31,498 nt of DNA from Promethearchaeota archaeon (lineage in GTDB: Archaea; Asgardarchaeota; Lokiarchaeia; Sigyniarchaeales; SOKP01): contig JBHLLU010000047.1 of the NCBI GenBank assembly GCA_048938895.1, positions 1 through 31,498 of the forward strand. Direction: 5' to 3'. Position 1 is the stretch's first letter; each line of letters opens with the position of its first letter. The translations under genes were made by a program, and so were the position numbers. This document shows positions 17,853-30,600 of the stretch, one piece after another. The notes beneath the pieces are model-generated. The model saw only the letters and a program-made list of their open reading frames with translations, was not told the DNA's origin and did not search any database.

Positions 17853-19481
17853 TTATTCTTCTGTAAGAGAATCAATAGCATTAATCGCTGATTCACATAC
17901 ATAGTCACATTCATCATGAACTAATCCATTTAAATTGGTAATAACATCTTCTGTGTTGACGCCAATCTTACCTAAGGCTTCAGAGGCTCTCCACCTGACA
18001 TCGGGATTCTCATCCTTTAAGGCTCTTAGTAAGGAAGGAATAGCTATTTTTGCTGATTCACCTAATTTTCCTAATGACAGTGCTGCTTCACGACGTACTT
18101 TTTCTCTTGGATCATTTAAAGCAAGTTCCAATCCATTGATTGCTGGTTCTGAATTAACCCCTATTTTTCCTAATGAGCGAGCAGATTCAATTCTTATAGA
18201 AGCTTTCATAGCAAGAGGATCATCGTAAAAAGTTTTTAATTTTCTCCTGATTTTATTTTTAAATAAAGGTTCAAACCTTTCTTCTTGCTCACCAACTTTT
18301 AATTGATTCAGAAGAGTCAGTATAGCATCCTGTGCTTTTACACCAATACCTCCTAGTGCAGAAATAATTATAACTCTCAAATGAGTTATTCTTTTCGTTT
18401 CGTTGTATTTTCCAATTCCAAAAATAATCAATCCTAAAATAATTAAGATTGGTTGCCACATAATAAACGATGAAAAAAGTGGATGAAACATAAACACTAA
18501 ACCAAGAACATAAGGTATCAGAGAAAGGATCAACACAATTTCGCTAATTTTAGAAATTCTATATGGATAATTGAATCTATTTTCGGTAGTTTCAACTTCT
18601 TTTGATAAAGTAGGTACAGCTTCTTCACCAATGCTTCTAAGTGCATCAGCTGCTTTTCCCCTAACATTTTCAGCTTTATCACCCAATAAACTTGCAATTT
18701 TCCCAATTATCTTGGGATCAGTAATCTTTATTTCCCCTAAAGCCTCAATAGCTTCCTTCCGAACAATGTGATTTTTATGAGTTAAAACTTCCAGTATGCT
18801 TGGAACGGCTGGTTCTCCAATATCTGCTAGTGTATTTACTACTCTATAACGTACTCTCCAATCTGGATCCTCAAGTGCATATATCAAAGCAGGAATAGCT
18901 CTCGTTGATCCTTTTCCAATTTGACTAATCGATTGAGCTGATGAAGTTCGAACTGTCCAACTTACATCTTTCAAGCTTTCCATTAATTTTGGTATTGCTT
19001 CAAAGGCATCTGGTCCGATTTCACCTAATGCTATTGCTGCTTCGGTTCTAACGATGTCACTATTATCATCAAGTGCATCTCTTAGGCTAGTAATAGATTG
19101 AATTGTTGGGTTGCCAATTTTCCCAAGAGCTGTTGCGGCTTCTTTTCTTATGGATTCTTCTTTATCTTTTAATAATATTGATAATCTAGGTACAGCGTCT
19201 TTGGCTAAAGTTCCAATTTTACCCAGTGAACGAGCGGCTTCTCGACATATACTCCAATCATCATCTTCTAAGCAGCTAGTAATTTTAGAGACAGCATCAG
19301 TAGATTTTTCTCCTACTTCGCCTAATACATGAATTGAATTAAATTTAATCGATCGAATATCACTATCCAGATGAGTAATCACATCATTTATGACTGACTC
19401 ATCTTTTTCAATTCTTGCTAGAATAAGGTCAATTCTAGCATCTCTTAATAATTTTTCTAAGGGTGCTGACAAGTTGATCAC
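17853..19481 (-). CDS. HEAT-repeat (PBS-lyase-like) solenoid protein with an internal two-helix membrane hairpin
   Basis: More than ten repeats of L.D.D..VR..AA.ALG.IG. Two hydrophobic helices at about aa 312-357. The GTG start lies 1 bp after the livF stop. Confidence 0.85.
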   Translation of the reverse strand: MINLSAPLEKLLRDARIDLILARIEKDESVINDVITHLDSDIRSIKFNSIHVLGEVGEKSTDAVSKITSCLEDDDWSICREAARSLGKIGTLAKDAVPRLSILLKDKEESIRKEAATALGKIGNPTIQSITSLRDALDDNSDIVRTEAAIALGEIGPDAFEAIPKLMESLKDVSWTVRTSSAQSISQIGKGSTRAIPALIYALEDPDWRVRYRVVNTLADIGEPAVPSILEVLTHKNHIVRKEAIEALGEIKITDPKIIGKIASLLGDKAENVRGKAADALRSIGEEAVPTLSKEVETTENRFNYPYRISKISEIVLILSLIPYVLGLVFMFHPLFSSFIMWQPILIILGLIIFGIGKYNETKRITHLRVIIISALGGIGVKAQDAILTLLNQLKVGEQEERFEPLFKNKIRRKLKTFYDDPLAMKASIRIESARSLGKIGVNSEPAINGLELALNDPREKVRREAALSLGKLGESAKIAIPSLLRALKDENPDVRWRASEALGKIGVNTEDVITNLNGLVHDECDYVCESAINAIDSLTEE

Positions 19482-19482
19482 C

Positions 19483-20196
19483 TCAAATTCCTAAATATAC
19501 CTTTTTAATTCGAGGCTCTTTCTCTAACTCTTCCTTGGTGCCTCTCATTTCGATTTTACCCTCTTCAAGCACATGAATGTATTCTGAGACTGCCATGGCT
19601 AAAACTGCATCTTGCTCTACTAATAGAGTGGTTGTACCTCCTTTTTTTATGATATCAATGGCTTCAAATATAGTCGCTTTTATCTTTGGTGCTAAACCTA
19701 ATGATGGTTCATCCATTAATAGTAATTTTGGATTTGACATAAGTGCTCGAGCAATTGCAAGCATCTGTTGCTCTCCACCACTTAAAGTTCCTGCACGCTG
19801 TTTTTTTCTCTCTTTAAGGCGAGGAAATATTTCATACACAAATTTTCTTAATTCACGAGCTTTTGCTTTATCTCTAAGAAAATATGCCCCCATATCTAAA
19901 TTTTCACTCACTGTCATATCAAAAAATAACCTACGACGTTCTGGGCAGTGAGCAATTCCCTTTCGAGCAATTCGATGAGGTTTTTCCTCATCAATCCGTT
20001 CACCAAGGAATTCTATTTTTCCTCTATCAGGTTCCTCTAAACCTGATATAACTCTGAGCAATGTCGACTTTCCAGCTCCGTTTGGACCAATAACAGCCTC
20101 AAGAGCTTCCTGTTTTAAATTTAAATTTATCTCTTCAAGAGCTTTTGCTTTTCCATAATAGAAATATATTTTTTTTAAATCAAGCAAATCCTTCAC
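19483..20196 (-). CDS. livF: LIV-family ABC transporter ATP-binding subunit
   Basis: GPNGAGKST, LSGGEQQMLAIARAL and DEPSLGLAP motifs. Confidence 0.93.
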   Translation of the reverse strand: MKDLLDLKKIYFYYGKAKALEEINLNLKQEALEAVIGPNGAGKSTLLRVISGLEEPDRGKIEFLGERIDEEKPHRIARKGIAHCPERRRLFFDMTVSENLDMGAYFLRDKAKARELRKFVYEIFPRLKERKKQRAGTLSGGEQQMLAIARALMSNPKLLLMDEPSLGLAPKIKATIFEAIDIIKKGGTTTLLVEQDAVLAMAVSEYIHVLEEGKIEMRGTKEELEKEPRIKKVYLGI

Positions 20197-20920
20197 CTTT
20201 ACCTAAATATGCTTCTAACACAATTTTATTGTTGGCTACCTCTTTTGGAGGTCCATCAGTAATAAATTTTCCTTGATGCATAGCAATTACACGTGGGACT
20301 AATGTCATTAGTTCACGGAGAACGTGACCAGTTATAAAAATGGTAACTCCATCGTCATGTAATTTGTTTATTAAATCTGTGAGAATTACCTGTTCTTCAT
20401 GTGAAAGTCCGCTAAATGGCTCATCAAGGAGTAATAATTGAGGATTAGTTCCAAGAGCTTTCCCAATTTGTAGCTTTCTTAAATCCCCATGTGGTAAAAT
20501 AACTGGGGGGATCCTCGCTCGATCAATAAGTCCTACTGAGGCAAGAATTGAACTAGCATACGCTTCCGATCCCACTTTTTTTGAGACTTGTTTACCTCGC
20601 TTCGAAAGGCAAGGAACAACTACATTATCAAGTAAACTTAAAAACTTAAAAGAACGCACTAACTGAAAAGTTCGCGCAATACCATAATTTACAATTTTAA
20701 ACGGTTTCAACCCAGTAATGTCCACACCATCAAAACGTATTTTTCCTGAGCTGGGTTTTTCAAACCCACTTATTAAGTTAAATACCGTTGTTTTACCTGC
20801 CCCATTTGGCCCAATCAGTCCAACGAATTCTCCTCGCTGTATTTCAAAACTAAAATCATTTACAGCAGTTAACCCGCCAAATTTTTTTGTCAAATTTTTT
20901 ACTTCTAATATAATTCCCAT
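20180..20920 (-). CDS. livG: LIV-family ABC transporter ATP-binding subunit
   Basis: KKFGGLTAV, GPNGAGKTT, GIARTFQ, LLLDEP and EAYLG motifs. Overlaps livF. Confidence 0.93.
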   Translation of the reverse strand: MGIILEVKNLTKKFGGLTAVNDFSFEIQRGEFVGLIGPNGAGKTTVFNLISGFEKPSSGKIRFDGVDITGLKPFKIVNYGIARTFQLVRSFKFLSLLDNVVVPCLSKRGKQVSKKVGSEAYASSILASVGLIDRARIPPVILPHGDLRKLQIGKALGTNPQLLLLDEPFSGLSHEEQVILTDLINKLHDDGVTIFITGHVLRELMTLVPRVIAMHQGKFITDGPPKEVANNKIVLEAYLGKGEGFA

Positions 20921-20950
20921 TATTTTACACTATTTTTTTTATTAAAATTC

Positions 20951-22003
20951 TTACCTTCCTAATAATACATCCCATAAATCCTTAAGGTGTTCTAGAATTG
21001 GCATTAAGATCCCTCTTTCAGCAAATCTTACAACTACCATCAAAATTACAGCAAATATAGCAAATTTCCATAATCCAACATCGATTGTAAGAGGACCAAG
21101 ATTTATAATACCGATCTCTACAAGGGCATACTCAAGAAAAATGAAGAAAAAAGCACCTAAAGCAGCTCCTCTAATAGTAGTTAACCCGCCTAAAGATGCC
21201 ATTAGAATAGCAAAAAAAGAAATAAGCGTTCCAAAATTACCGGTAGGATTTACAGCTGTAGTATATAACGCATAAAAAGTGCCTGCTAATCCAGCGAAAA
21301 AAGCACTAATCATGAAAGCGATTACTTTATACTTTGTTACATTTATACCTGATGCATCAGAACCGGTTTCATCATCGCGAATTGATTTAAAAATTGTACC
21401 TAATTTAGATTTACTGATTTGAATTATTATAATAAATGTAATTATTGTAGCAAAAAAAATAATAAAGTATTCTATAATAGGATCATCTGATAACGCGGGT
21501 AACCCTGAAATTCCTTCAGAACCGAAAAACCATTCAGCAAGGGATCCTTGTAGAGTTAGTTTTAATAAAATCAAGCTAATTGCAAGGGTACCAAGTGCCA
21601 AATACGGACCTCTCAGCCTTAAACATGGAGTTCCAATTAAAAAACCAAAAATAACTGCAGCTATACAACCGATAATTATAGCTAACCAGATTGGAAAGTT
21701 TTGATAATCGATGAAATAAGCACAGAAATAACCTGCAATTCCAAAAAAAATAGCATGTCCAAAACTAATTTGACCAGAAATTCCGGTAAGTAAATCCCAA
21801 CTAGCTGCGAGAATAGCAAAAATCATTGCTAAAGTAAATTGTGGTAAAAAAACATATACATAGCTCGGATCGGTAGAAAAAAAAGGTATAAAGATTAGAA
21901 GAATTAAAAGAACTATGGTTAAACCTCCAGAAAAGGTCGTCGCCCAAGATTTTAAATATCCTGGAAAATACGTTATTTTTTCCTTTATGTTTTTCTTAAT
22001 CAT
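20951..22003 (-). CDS. livM: LIV-family ABC transporter permease
   Basis: GQISFGHA, LRLRGPYLALGTLA, IRDDE...GIN and LGGL motifs in a multi-TM protein. Confidence 0.92.
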   Translation of the reverse strand: MIKKNIKEKITYFPGYLKSWATTFSGGLTIVLLILLIFIPFFSTDPSYVYVFLPQFTLAMIFAILAASWDLLTGISGQISFGHAIFFGIAGYFCAYFIDYQNFPIWLAIIIGCIAAVIFGFLIGTPCLRLRGPYLALGTLAISLILLKLTLQGSLAEWFFGSEGISGLPALSDDPIIEYFIIFFATIITFIIIIQISKSKLGTIFKSIRDDETGSDASGINVTKYKVIAFMISAFFAGLAGTFYALYTTAVNPTGNFGTLISFFAILMASLGGLTTIRGAALGAFFFIFLEYALVEIGIINLGPLTIDVGLWKFAIFAVILMVVVRFAERGILMPILEHLKDLWDVLLGR

Positions 22004-22023
22004 TTTGAAATAACACCATAAAC

Positions 22024-22905
22024 TTATCTTAATTCCTTCTTTCCAAATAATCCTTGTGGTCTAATTAGAAGCATTACAACAATTACAATAATTGGGACTA
22101 AGTGAGCCCAAGATGGACCATTAGGGATGAAAACACTCGTAAAACTAGTAACATATCCTACGATGTATGCCCCAACAACACTCCCTACAAGACTTCCCAT
22201 ACCCCCAAGGATGACCACAGCAAATGAATTCGTCAAATATCCCCAACCCATTGCAGGACCATCGAGAGATGCCGCGGGTAAATATAAAACTGCTGCTATA
22301 CTTACTAAGAATGATGAAATCATCAAGGTGTAAAGAAGAACTCTGTTAGCATTAATACCCATAAGACTAGCTGCTTCTTTATCTTGAGATACTGCTCTAA
22401 TTGATTTACCTAATTTTGATTTATTGATAAATAAAGCAAAAGCTGTTACAATTATTAATGATGCAATAATAAGGAAAATAAACTGATTTATATAAGAAAA
22501 ACTGGGTGTTTCTAGTACCCCATCAAATATCTTATACTCTTTAACTGAACGTGATGTTGTACCTGAAAGTGCAAAAACATATTCTTGAAAAAAGAAAGCT
22601 AAACCAAACGTAATTAACACAACACCTACATTTGTATCTTGTAGGGGTTTAATAAGCAATATATAAGAAATCCCACCTATAATTGTAATAAAAGCAACAA
22701 CAATAATTGCAATCAGCCAGGGGATCTCGGGTAAGAAAGACGGAAACCAAAAAAGCATATATCCCGTCATCATAAAAAACGCACCATGAGCAAGATTCAT
22801 AATATGACCCACTCCATATGTCAAGGAATATCCAAGAGCTACCAATGAAAATACTGCTCCATTAACGGTGCCATTGAACAAAAAATTTATTATTTCTCCT
22901 TCCAT
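22024..22905 (-). CDS. livH: LIV-family ABC transporter permease
   Basis: ALGYSLTYG..NLAHG, GKSIRAVSQD..A.LMGIN, ILGGMGS and RPQGLFG motifs. Confidence 0.92.
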   Translation of the reverse strand: MEGEIINFLFNGTVNGAVFSLVALGYSLTYGVGHIMNLAHGAFFMMTGYMLFWFPSFLPEIPWLIAIIVVAFITIIGGISYILLIKPLQDTNVGVVLITFGLAFFFQEYVFALSGTTSRSVKEYKIFDGVLETPSFSYINQFIFLIIASLIIVTAFALFINKSKLGKSIRAVSQDKEAASLMGINANRVLLYTLMISSFLVSIAAVLYLPAASLDGPAMGWGYLTNSFAVVILGGMGSLVGSVVGAYIVGYVTSFTSVFIPNGPSWAHLVPIIVIVVMLLIRPQGLFGKKELR

Positions 22906-23058
22906 TATTCATAACTCTTACTTGATCATAAATTATTTTCATAAAAAGATCTCATCTTTTAAAAAGCTGTCGTTTTATCAGATGCATATTTTATTTTTTA
23001 GAAATCGTTTAATAAAATTTAATAAAAAAAAAAAATAAAATTTAAAATTATCTTAGCC

Positions 23059-24435
23059 TTAACTCCACGCAGTATTAACCCAGGGGGCAACTACATAAGG
23101 ACCTGTTGATACCCAAGGAGCGTAAATAGAAGCAGGAATTACGTTCTTAGTTCCATCAGTTTGCCATTGGCACCATAGAGTATATCCGTATGGAAATCCC
23201 GCTACAAGATCATGGGATTTTGGCCACCACGCACCGCCTCCACTAACACCAGGATGTGGATTGGAAGTAGTCCAAGTCTCCATATGTTGGATTATATCGT
23301 TATCTCTTAGAGATTGAGTAGCAAAAACAGCATCTTTGATTGCCATTACCGCATCATAGGCTCCACATGCAATATAGAGAGGTTCATGTTTGAATTCATC
23401 AATAAACGCATCCCAGAAGGCAATTGAAGTTGTAGTCTTATTAGTTTTGTATAGGGTTTGCATAATTGTCTCATACACACAATCACCTCCCGTATCCTTC
23501 CAGAAAGTATCTAGTTGTGATTGAACATCGATACCAAAAATAAGGTAATCATAATTGTTAAGGGCATATTGCTGCATCATCAAAATCCCTCCCTGAGCAG
23601 AAATTACTGGAATTACGATATCCGCGCCATCAGATTGGAATGAAGCTAGGTGTGTATTCATATCTGTAGCACTTAGAGTAATATCATATAAAATTGGAGT
23701 TAACATTGATGCCCAACCACCTGTGAGTGCTGGGAGATATCCTGTTATTGCAGCTACTAAGCTAGTTACCCATGTAAGATCTTCTGCAAGGACACCAATT
23801 TCTTTCACATCATGGTTAGGATAAGTTGCATTCATCGTTAAAATAAAGCCCGCTAGAGTACCTAATATTTGTCCACCTAACGAGGTTGAATTAATAGGCA
23901 TAAATCTAAAGAACCACTTATAATTCGGATAATCGGTTAATACATTTGTACAAAAGACATCGGTAGCTGCTCCGGTATCAATAAAGATCACTTCTGCATC
24001 CATAAATTCTTCGACATAGGCTAATAATGCTTCAGATCTAAAACCACCAATTCCAAAGTCGACCTCCTTGTCATAAATAAGTCGTCTTGCAGCATCAATA
24101 CCTCTTGCAGTTACAAGATTTGTATTTGATTCATCAGTATCTTCTTTAGTAACCCCAAAATAATATGTTGTTGAATTAATAACAACACCTCCAGCTTCAT
24201 TAATGGCTTTACATGCAAACCAAGCACCTTCATAATTGGCATCCCCTTGAATTTCACCAGTATCACCCGCACATCCAATTAGAATTGTATTATCTTTATC
24301 AAATCCACTTGGAGCTCCAGGATATTTGATTTCTGATTCTGGTGCAGAAAGAAAAATAAATGCGCCTATTCCTATCCCTACACCAATTACAACAATGAGA
24401 ACTATCGCTAAAATTCTTTTAGTTGCTGATTCCAT
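23059..24435 (-). CDS. LIV-family (periplasmic binding protein type 1) substrate-binding protein with an N-terminal membrane anchor
   Basis: N-terminal KR followed by a hydrophobic helix. INEAGG, GGFRSE and GAYDA motifs. First gene of the liv-type operon. Confidence 0.88.
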   Translation of the reverse strand: MESATKRILAIVLIVVIGVGIGIGAFIFLSAPESEIKYPGAPSGFDKDNTILIGCAGDTGEIQGDANYEGAWFACKAINEAGGVVINSTTYYFGVTKEDTDESNTNLVTARGIDAARRLIYDKEVDFGIGGFRSEALLAYVEEFMDAEVIFIDTGAATDVFCTNVLTDYPNYKWFFRFMPINSTSLGGQILGTLAGFILTMNATYPNHDVKEIGVLAEDLTWVTSLVAAITGYLPALTGGWASMLTPILYDITLSATDMNTHLASFQSDGADIVIPVISAQGGILMMQQYALNNYDYLIFGIDVQSQLDTFWKDTGGDCVYETIMQTLYKTNKTTTSIAFWDAFIDEFKHEPLYIACGAYDAVMAIKDAVFATQSLRDNDIIQHMETWTTSNPHPGVSGGGAWWPKSHDLVAGFPYGYTLWCQWQTDGTKNVIPASIYAPWVSTGPYVVAPWVNTAWS

Positions 24436-24652
24436 TTAATAGATCACTTTTTAAGTTTTTTAATTTATGATTAAATTTCTTGTTATTAATAGTTATTTTT
24501 AGCATCTATATAAATTTTATAATTTTTTACAAACAAAATTGTGATATTACGAGCAAAAAAAGTACATATGTAAAAAAAGTAGATTTTTATAGTATAACAT
24601 TAAAATTGAAAAATCGATTGATTAAATCCTTAGATCATCTTATTTTAGGATT

Positions 24653-27600
24653 TCAGAAATTCAATATAAGGAGTTGAATCGTAAACAAAATTCCAAAAAA
24701 TATCAATAAAATAAATAAAATGAGAAGTGTATAAAACCTTCTTCTTACCGAAATTTTTTCCCTTTCTTCCTTTCTCCTCATGAAAATCAAGACTATTGAA
24801 CCCGCGACTGCAATTGATATAAAAATTGTGAAAATATACCCTACAGGTGGTATATATATAAATAAAAAGGAAATTGCACTACCCCATCCATAAGATAAGC
24901 GTAATATTCTTCTTTTAAAAACAATATCTGGATCCTCTGATTTTGAAGAAGGAACCACTAAAATTAAAAAGGCAAAAATCGCGAGTGTCAATAAAGTTGG
25001 ATGAATTGGTCCTAAAAGTACCCCAAAAACAAACTCAGATAAAAGAACTCCAAGGAAAATAGCAAAAGAAGCACTGAATAGAAACCAAATTATTTTGAAA
25101 TACTTCTTTATGAAGTTTAAAATTGCTTTAAACCCATTAATTATAATTCGCTCAATGTTTCTTAAGACTTTAGTAAGAAAATCAACAAGTCTATTTAAGA
25201 GTTCTCGCAATTCTTCCAATAAAAATACAAATGCATAAATTGGTATCATTAAAATGCCTACGATTAAGACAATCTGCCAAAATTGAGTCAATTCAGCTAA
25301 AATTTCACTTGATAATAAAAACAATGCTGCCCAGAAGATAAATGCCTTAAATGAATGTTCCTTGAATGGTTTAACAATAATACCTAAGAAAACAACAGAG
25401 ATTAATGATGAAGTACTTAAATTTAACCAAAAAGTGGTGTTAGGCACATTTTGTAAACCTAGAAAACAATTTATCGAAAGTAATACTCCTATTGTAAGAA
25501 AAGAAGAGTTTCTTACAACTTTTAACAGCTTTTCCTTTAGAACTCCTAGAATTTTATCAATATATGTGAAAAAGAACATAAGAACAAGAGAAATAATAAA
25601 TAAATTGAGTAGATATACTACTTCCATTCTGGCAAAATAAATTGGCCAACTAATAAAATTTGAGTATGAGATTATTATTAATGCTGATTTAAATTTTTCT
25701 TTTTTCATTATAAAATATTGCCAAAAATTCAATAATCTAAATAAATAGGCCATTTCAAGAATTAATACAAATATTATGAGTGGTATTGATGTAGATAGAA
25801 AACCGATAAAATACTCACCGTAAAGCCAAAATAAGTAACTAGTCGTAAAAATCATAATTAAAACCCATGAAATCCACATAGTGGGATGTTTCGCAAATCT
25901 TCCCAGAAATTTGGTAAGAGAAATATCAATTATCATAAGGACATGAATTAATAAACTCAAACTTAGTAGAATTAATAGAAAATCAGCATTCAACAAAATT
26001 AATGCTTGAAGTAAGATGATACACAAATTTAAATAGATGGATAGACCTAAAATATGATCAAGATTTGACCTCCACTTTTTATACGTCTCAGTTTTCTCTG
26101 TATTCAAATATTTTAATGAAGTGAATAAGGAATAATTAGTATAGAACTGTAGAATGATGAATATTAATGCTTCGATACTAAGTAAAATTTGATATTGTGA
26201 AACAAGATTATTTAAAATAAGAAATATCATCAATGAGATAATGAAAAAACTTAGGGTGTGGATTAACTGAGCAAATCCTCTCTTAATTTTCTTAATAGAA
26301 TAAATATCTAACAATGTTAAGGTAAAGAAGCTCAATTGAGAGACAAGCAAGCTTTCTAAAAATCCCGCATGAGCAACTTCAGACATTAAGCCATAAAATA
26401 AGGTGCTTATTTCAAAATAAAGTAATATTATGAGTAATGAAAACATTCTGGTCAGAAAATTGGGCTTTTTCGTTTCAAAAAATAAAACATTGAGGTACTT
26501 AACTGTTTTAAATAGGAAGCAGGTTTCAATAACAATGATGAGAATGATTGAAAAGATATTTAAGACATCAAATAAAGTAAAGATAATAATCCAATTTATA
26601 GCAAATAAACTCTGAAACACGGCAAAAATAATCAATTCAATTAAAGATTTCATTCGAGTATCAACTTTAACAAGAAATATGCTTAAAATAAAAATAATTA
26701 GAAAAGAATTTTGGAATAATAAAGTATAGTATGGTATACCTCTTAATTCATCAATAAGGTTTACAATTCCCTCTGAAATTAGAGAACCCAAATAGAATGA
26801 ACCACTAATAAATAAAATATAAAATAATAGAATCCTCCCGTTTGAAATCTTTTCTCTGGGTATATCAAAGTAAGAAAGGAAAGTAAGTGAAATTTGGTTT
26901 AGAAGTGAAATTAACACTAACAATAAGAATGGATTTGGGTAAAAGCTAAAGAAAAAGAATGAAAAAATATTACAAAAAGCAGTCCATGACCAAAAAATGA
27001 ATTTATCTCTGATTGAATTAAATAAATAATAGAAAATCCTTCTATCTAATATATACACTTCGAAAAATATAACTCCACTTAAAGATAAAAAGAACATGAA
27101 AGATGATATTATAATATCTACTTCGATATACAGCATAAAAAGTAAAATAGTTATAGATAATGCTGTGGGGATTAGTAAATATATGCTAAAACAGATTCTG
27201 TTAAATTGAAGAAGTGGATCCTTTATCTTTAAATCGAATTCTGATTTTTCTATATATTTCAAACTTAAAAGAATGAAAAATGGCCAAATCATAAGAAAAT
27301 CAAGAATTTGGTAAACATAGGTAATCCCACTAAATAGGGATTGGTGCATTACTAAAGGACTTAAAATTGATATCAGAAGAGAAATAAATGCAGAATTTAA
27401 TAGAATACAAGTAAAATTCAGTAACTTAAATTGATTTCTATCTTCATAAATCCTCATTATACTATTCTCTATTTCTTTTACTCCCTCTCTTGGTTTAGCT
27501 TTGAATAAATTGATTATTATTTGAAATAAAAGGAGATAAATTGTTGAAAAGCATAAAAATCCTAAAATCCATATGGATCGGATTAAGGGAACAGATACTA

Positions 27601-30600
27601 AATACCCTAAAATCGGTAATGTTATAGGAATAGGAATTAAAATCCATAGAAAATACCTGTAATCAACCACTAGAAAATAGAGAAATATTGTGAAAAATCC
27701 TGAGAAAATACTAATTTCATTATAAATGGATAAATTGTACAATGTTGAAACTAAAGTTGATATGGATGCAGAAGCGCCAATTGCAGTGATTAAGAATGGA
27801 ATTGCTTTATTGATATGAAATTTCATCTTATAACGATTGAATATAAAAAATGAGGATCCAAACACGGTCATTGCTAAAAATAATGCAAAAATTTCCAAAC
27901 CTGGGAATAAACTGAATGTATTGAATGTGAACCAAGAGAAATTTATTATTAAGATCCAAGAAAGAACTTGATTAATTAACTTATTTACCAATTTGAGTGG
28001 TTTCGATGAGAATAAACTAAATCCCATTACAATGAAACTGATATTAATTGAAACTACTATGTCAAGAATTATAGAATAAATAAGGAAATAAATCACAAGA
28101 AAGATACCAATAAGAACAATGCAATAACTCGTTAGTAAAACAATTCCTATTGATCTAATGTTAGGGAAAAACGAATACACAACTAAAAACAACCCTGCAA
28201 CTAAAATATCAATGGCCACTATCATATCAAATTGAAGTCCTATTGAGATTAAATAAAAGTAGAGAAAGAAAACATTAATTCCCATTAAACCTAACCAAAA
28301 AAGAGAAGTTAATTTCCAGTATTTTAAACCAACTAAGAATGGCATCAATAGAAATACTGAGAATAAGAAAAATGAAAGATATCGTAGACCAATATCTTGT
28401 GTAAATAGATTCTGGCTTATCCAATAGAGTAAAAATAAGCTCTCGCCCCATATTATAAGGATTATCTTCAAAAAGTTTTTCTTTATCTTAGTATATAAAA
28501 CCGGGAGGAAGAATAATGTACAAATAATAACCGCAAGAATTGATGAACCTTTCACTTCAAAAATCCCAAATAATTGGATTGATTCTGTAAGAATGTCTAC
28601 ACCACTAAGACTTCTATAAATTATCCAGAAATTAGCAAACGGTAAAATATTCCATACATACCACCCTGATTTCCAGATTGCCCAGGAAACTTTCCAATGG
28701 TAGATCCCTACACAGAGGTAATATAGAAAGACTCCAATATTAATCACAATAATTATTGGTATAGGGTCTCCTACTAATCCAGGAATAGAAGAAATGATTA
28801 AGCAATAGAGAAAAAGTGGAAAACTAAAAATAATAGCAATTAAGATAAAGTAAAATGAGATTTTTCTAAATCTAACAGGAGCTTTATTATATAATAATAT
28901 AAAAGTAAATCCCGTTATACTCATTGTCAAGGTAAATGTTAGAACTGGACTAAAACTAATGTAAGTTGGATTGTTAAACAATATCGCATAAGAGATGAAA
29001 CTAATAAAATCGAATACAAGTAGAAGTACACAGGGTCTAATAAACCATTTATATAAATCATTATTCTGACGATAGAAATATATTCCAACAAAAAGCAAGA
29101 AGATAAACAACGATATTGTAATATTATATAGCAGTAGAATACTAGTGTAAGTGGATAGCAGTACAAAAGATAAGCAAGAACAAAGGCTATATAAAACTAA
29201 TTTCTCAATGTTATTATTTTTTCTATAATTTAACCAAATCGAAAGAAGTAAAACAGTTATGAATGTAATTAGATTCATGCTCACCAGAAATCCAAGTAAA
29301 GTAAAATTAAAACTCCCTAGAATCTCAAAATCACTAAAAACACTCAATAGGTCTAAATATATCACATAGCTTAGAAGAAAGTATGACAAAAATCTGAAAA
29401 TCAAGTTTAATAAATCAAATTTAATACTTCTACGATATAATAGAAGTATGAGGGTAATTAAAAGAGGTACAACATATACTATTTCAAAAACATAAAGTAG
29501 ACTAAAAAATAATAAAAATGCGGTAATATAGAAACCAATTGTATCTAATGTAGAATATTCTTCAATAATCTTATTAAATCTCTTCATGAAATAGTAGAGA
29601 TATTGAAAGCCATTAGCAAAAATAAAGCTATATTTCAAGAACACATTATTGTTAAAAATAGCAACATTTTGGGTAAGTTGAAGGGAAAATTCTAAATACA
29701 AAATTAATGTCGAGATGATAAAAATCCCAAGCATCATCTTTTTTATAAGAATTCGGTTTATTTCCGAAAAGATATTTAACTTCTTGAGATAACTAAGCGT
29801 AATTGGTGTAAAAAATGTAAATGTTAAGAGAAATATTATAATCAGGGATAAAATTGAATAAGATAAAATGATCGAAATAAACATACATAAAATTATTTTC
29901 AAAACTAGCCAAGAGCCTAAACCAATCCCATTGTTTACTTTAATAAAAGCGATTCTTACTTGTGCGCTAAATAACCTAATCAATGGAAGAAAAGTCAATA
30001 GAAACAACCCGATGTACCAAATAGCATTCAAATCTCTTAAATATGATGGGATAGAAGTTAGAATCTCGCTAAATTGGATAATAGATACAATCAAAAATGA
30101 AAAAGAAAGGACTAGACCATATAATAAAATTTCTTCAAGGGAATGAATGAACCTTGCTTCCTTGGAATAGGAAACTAATAATCTCACAGTATAAATGTTT
30201 AAAACAAAAAATATAAAAATTGAAATACTTATTGAAATCTCAATTAAAACATAGGAAATAATGCTAAAATCTACAAATAAGGATATTGAAATCCAGGAAA
30301 ATGCTTGTATAAGTCTAAGAGTGTTTTTCCATCTTCCTTCTGGTGAGTACCAGTTACTAACAATAGTTAAAAACTTCAAAACAAGAAATAATAATATCAA
30401 AGATGATGCGATTATGAGATAATAATTGATCTCCAAACCCAAACGAGTGAATTCTAACCCCACAATAATTGGAATTAATATAATTAAACCAGAAAGAAAA
30501 ATACTATTAACCATCAATGAATTTTTTACAATTTTTTCACCGAAATATCGTTTCCTATAAGAAAATATACTTGGTAAATAGAAAAAAACCGAAGCCGCTA

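Noticed and set aside
17610-24580. Shared AAAAAAGTACAT upstream of fadD (~17610) and the binding-protein gene (~24556), plus a TACATATGTA palindrome
   Set aside because: The match is A-rich and occurs only twice in very AT-rich DNA, which is too little information to call an operator.
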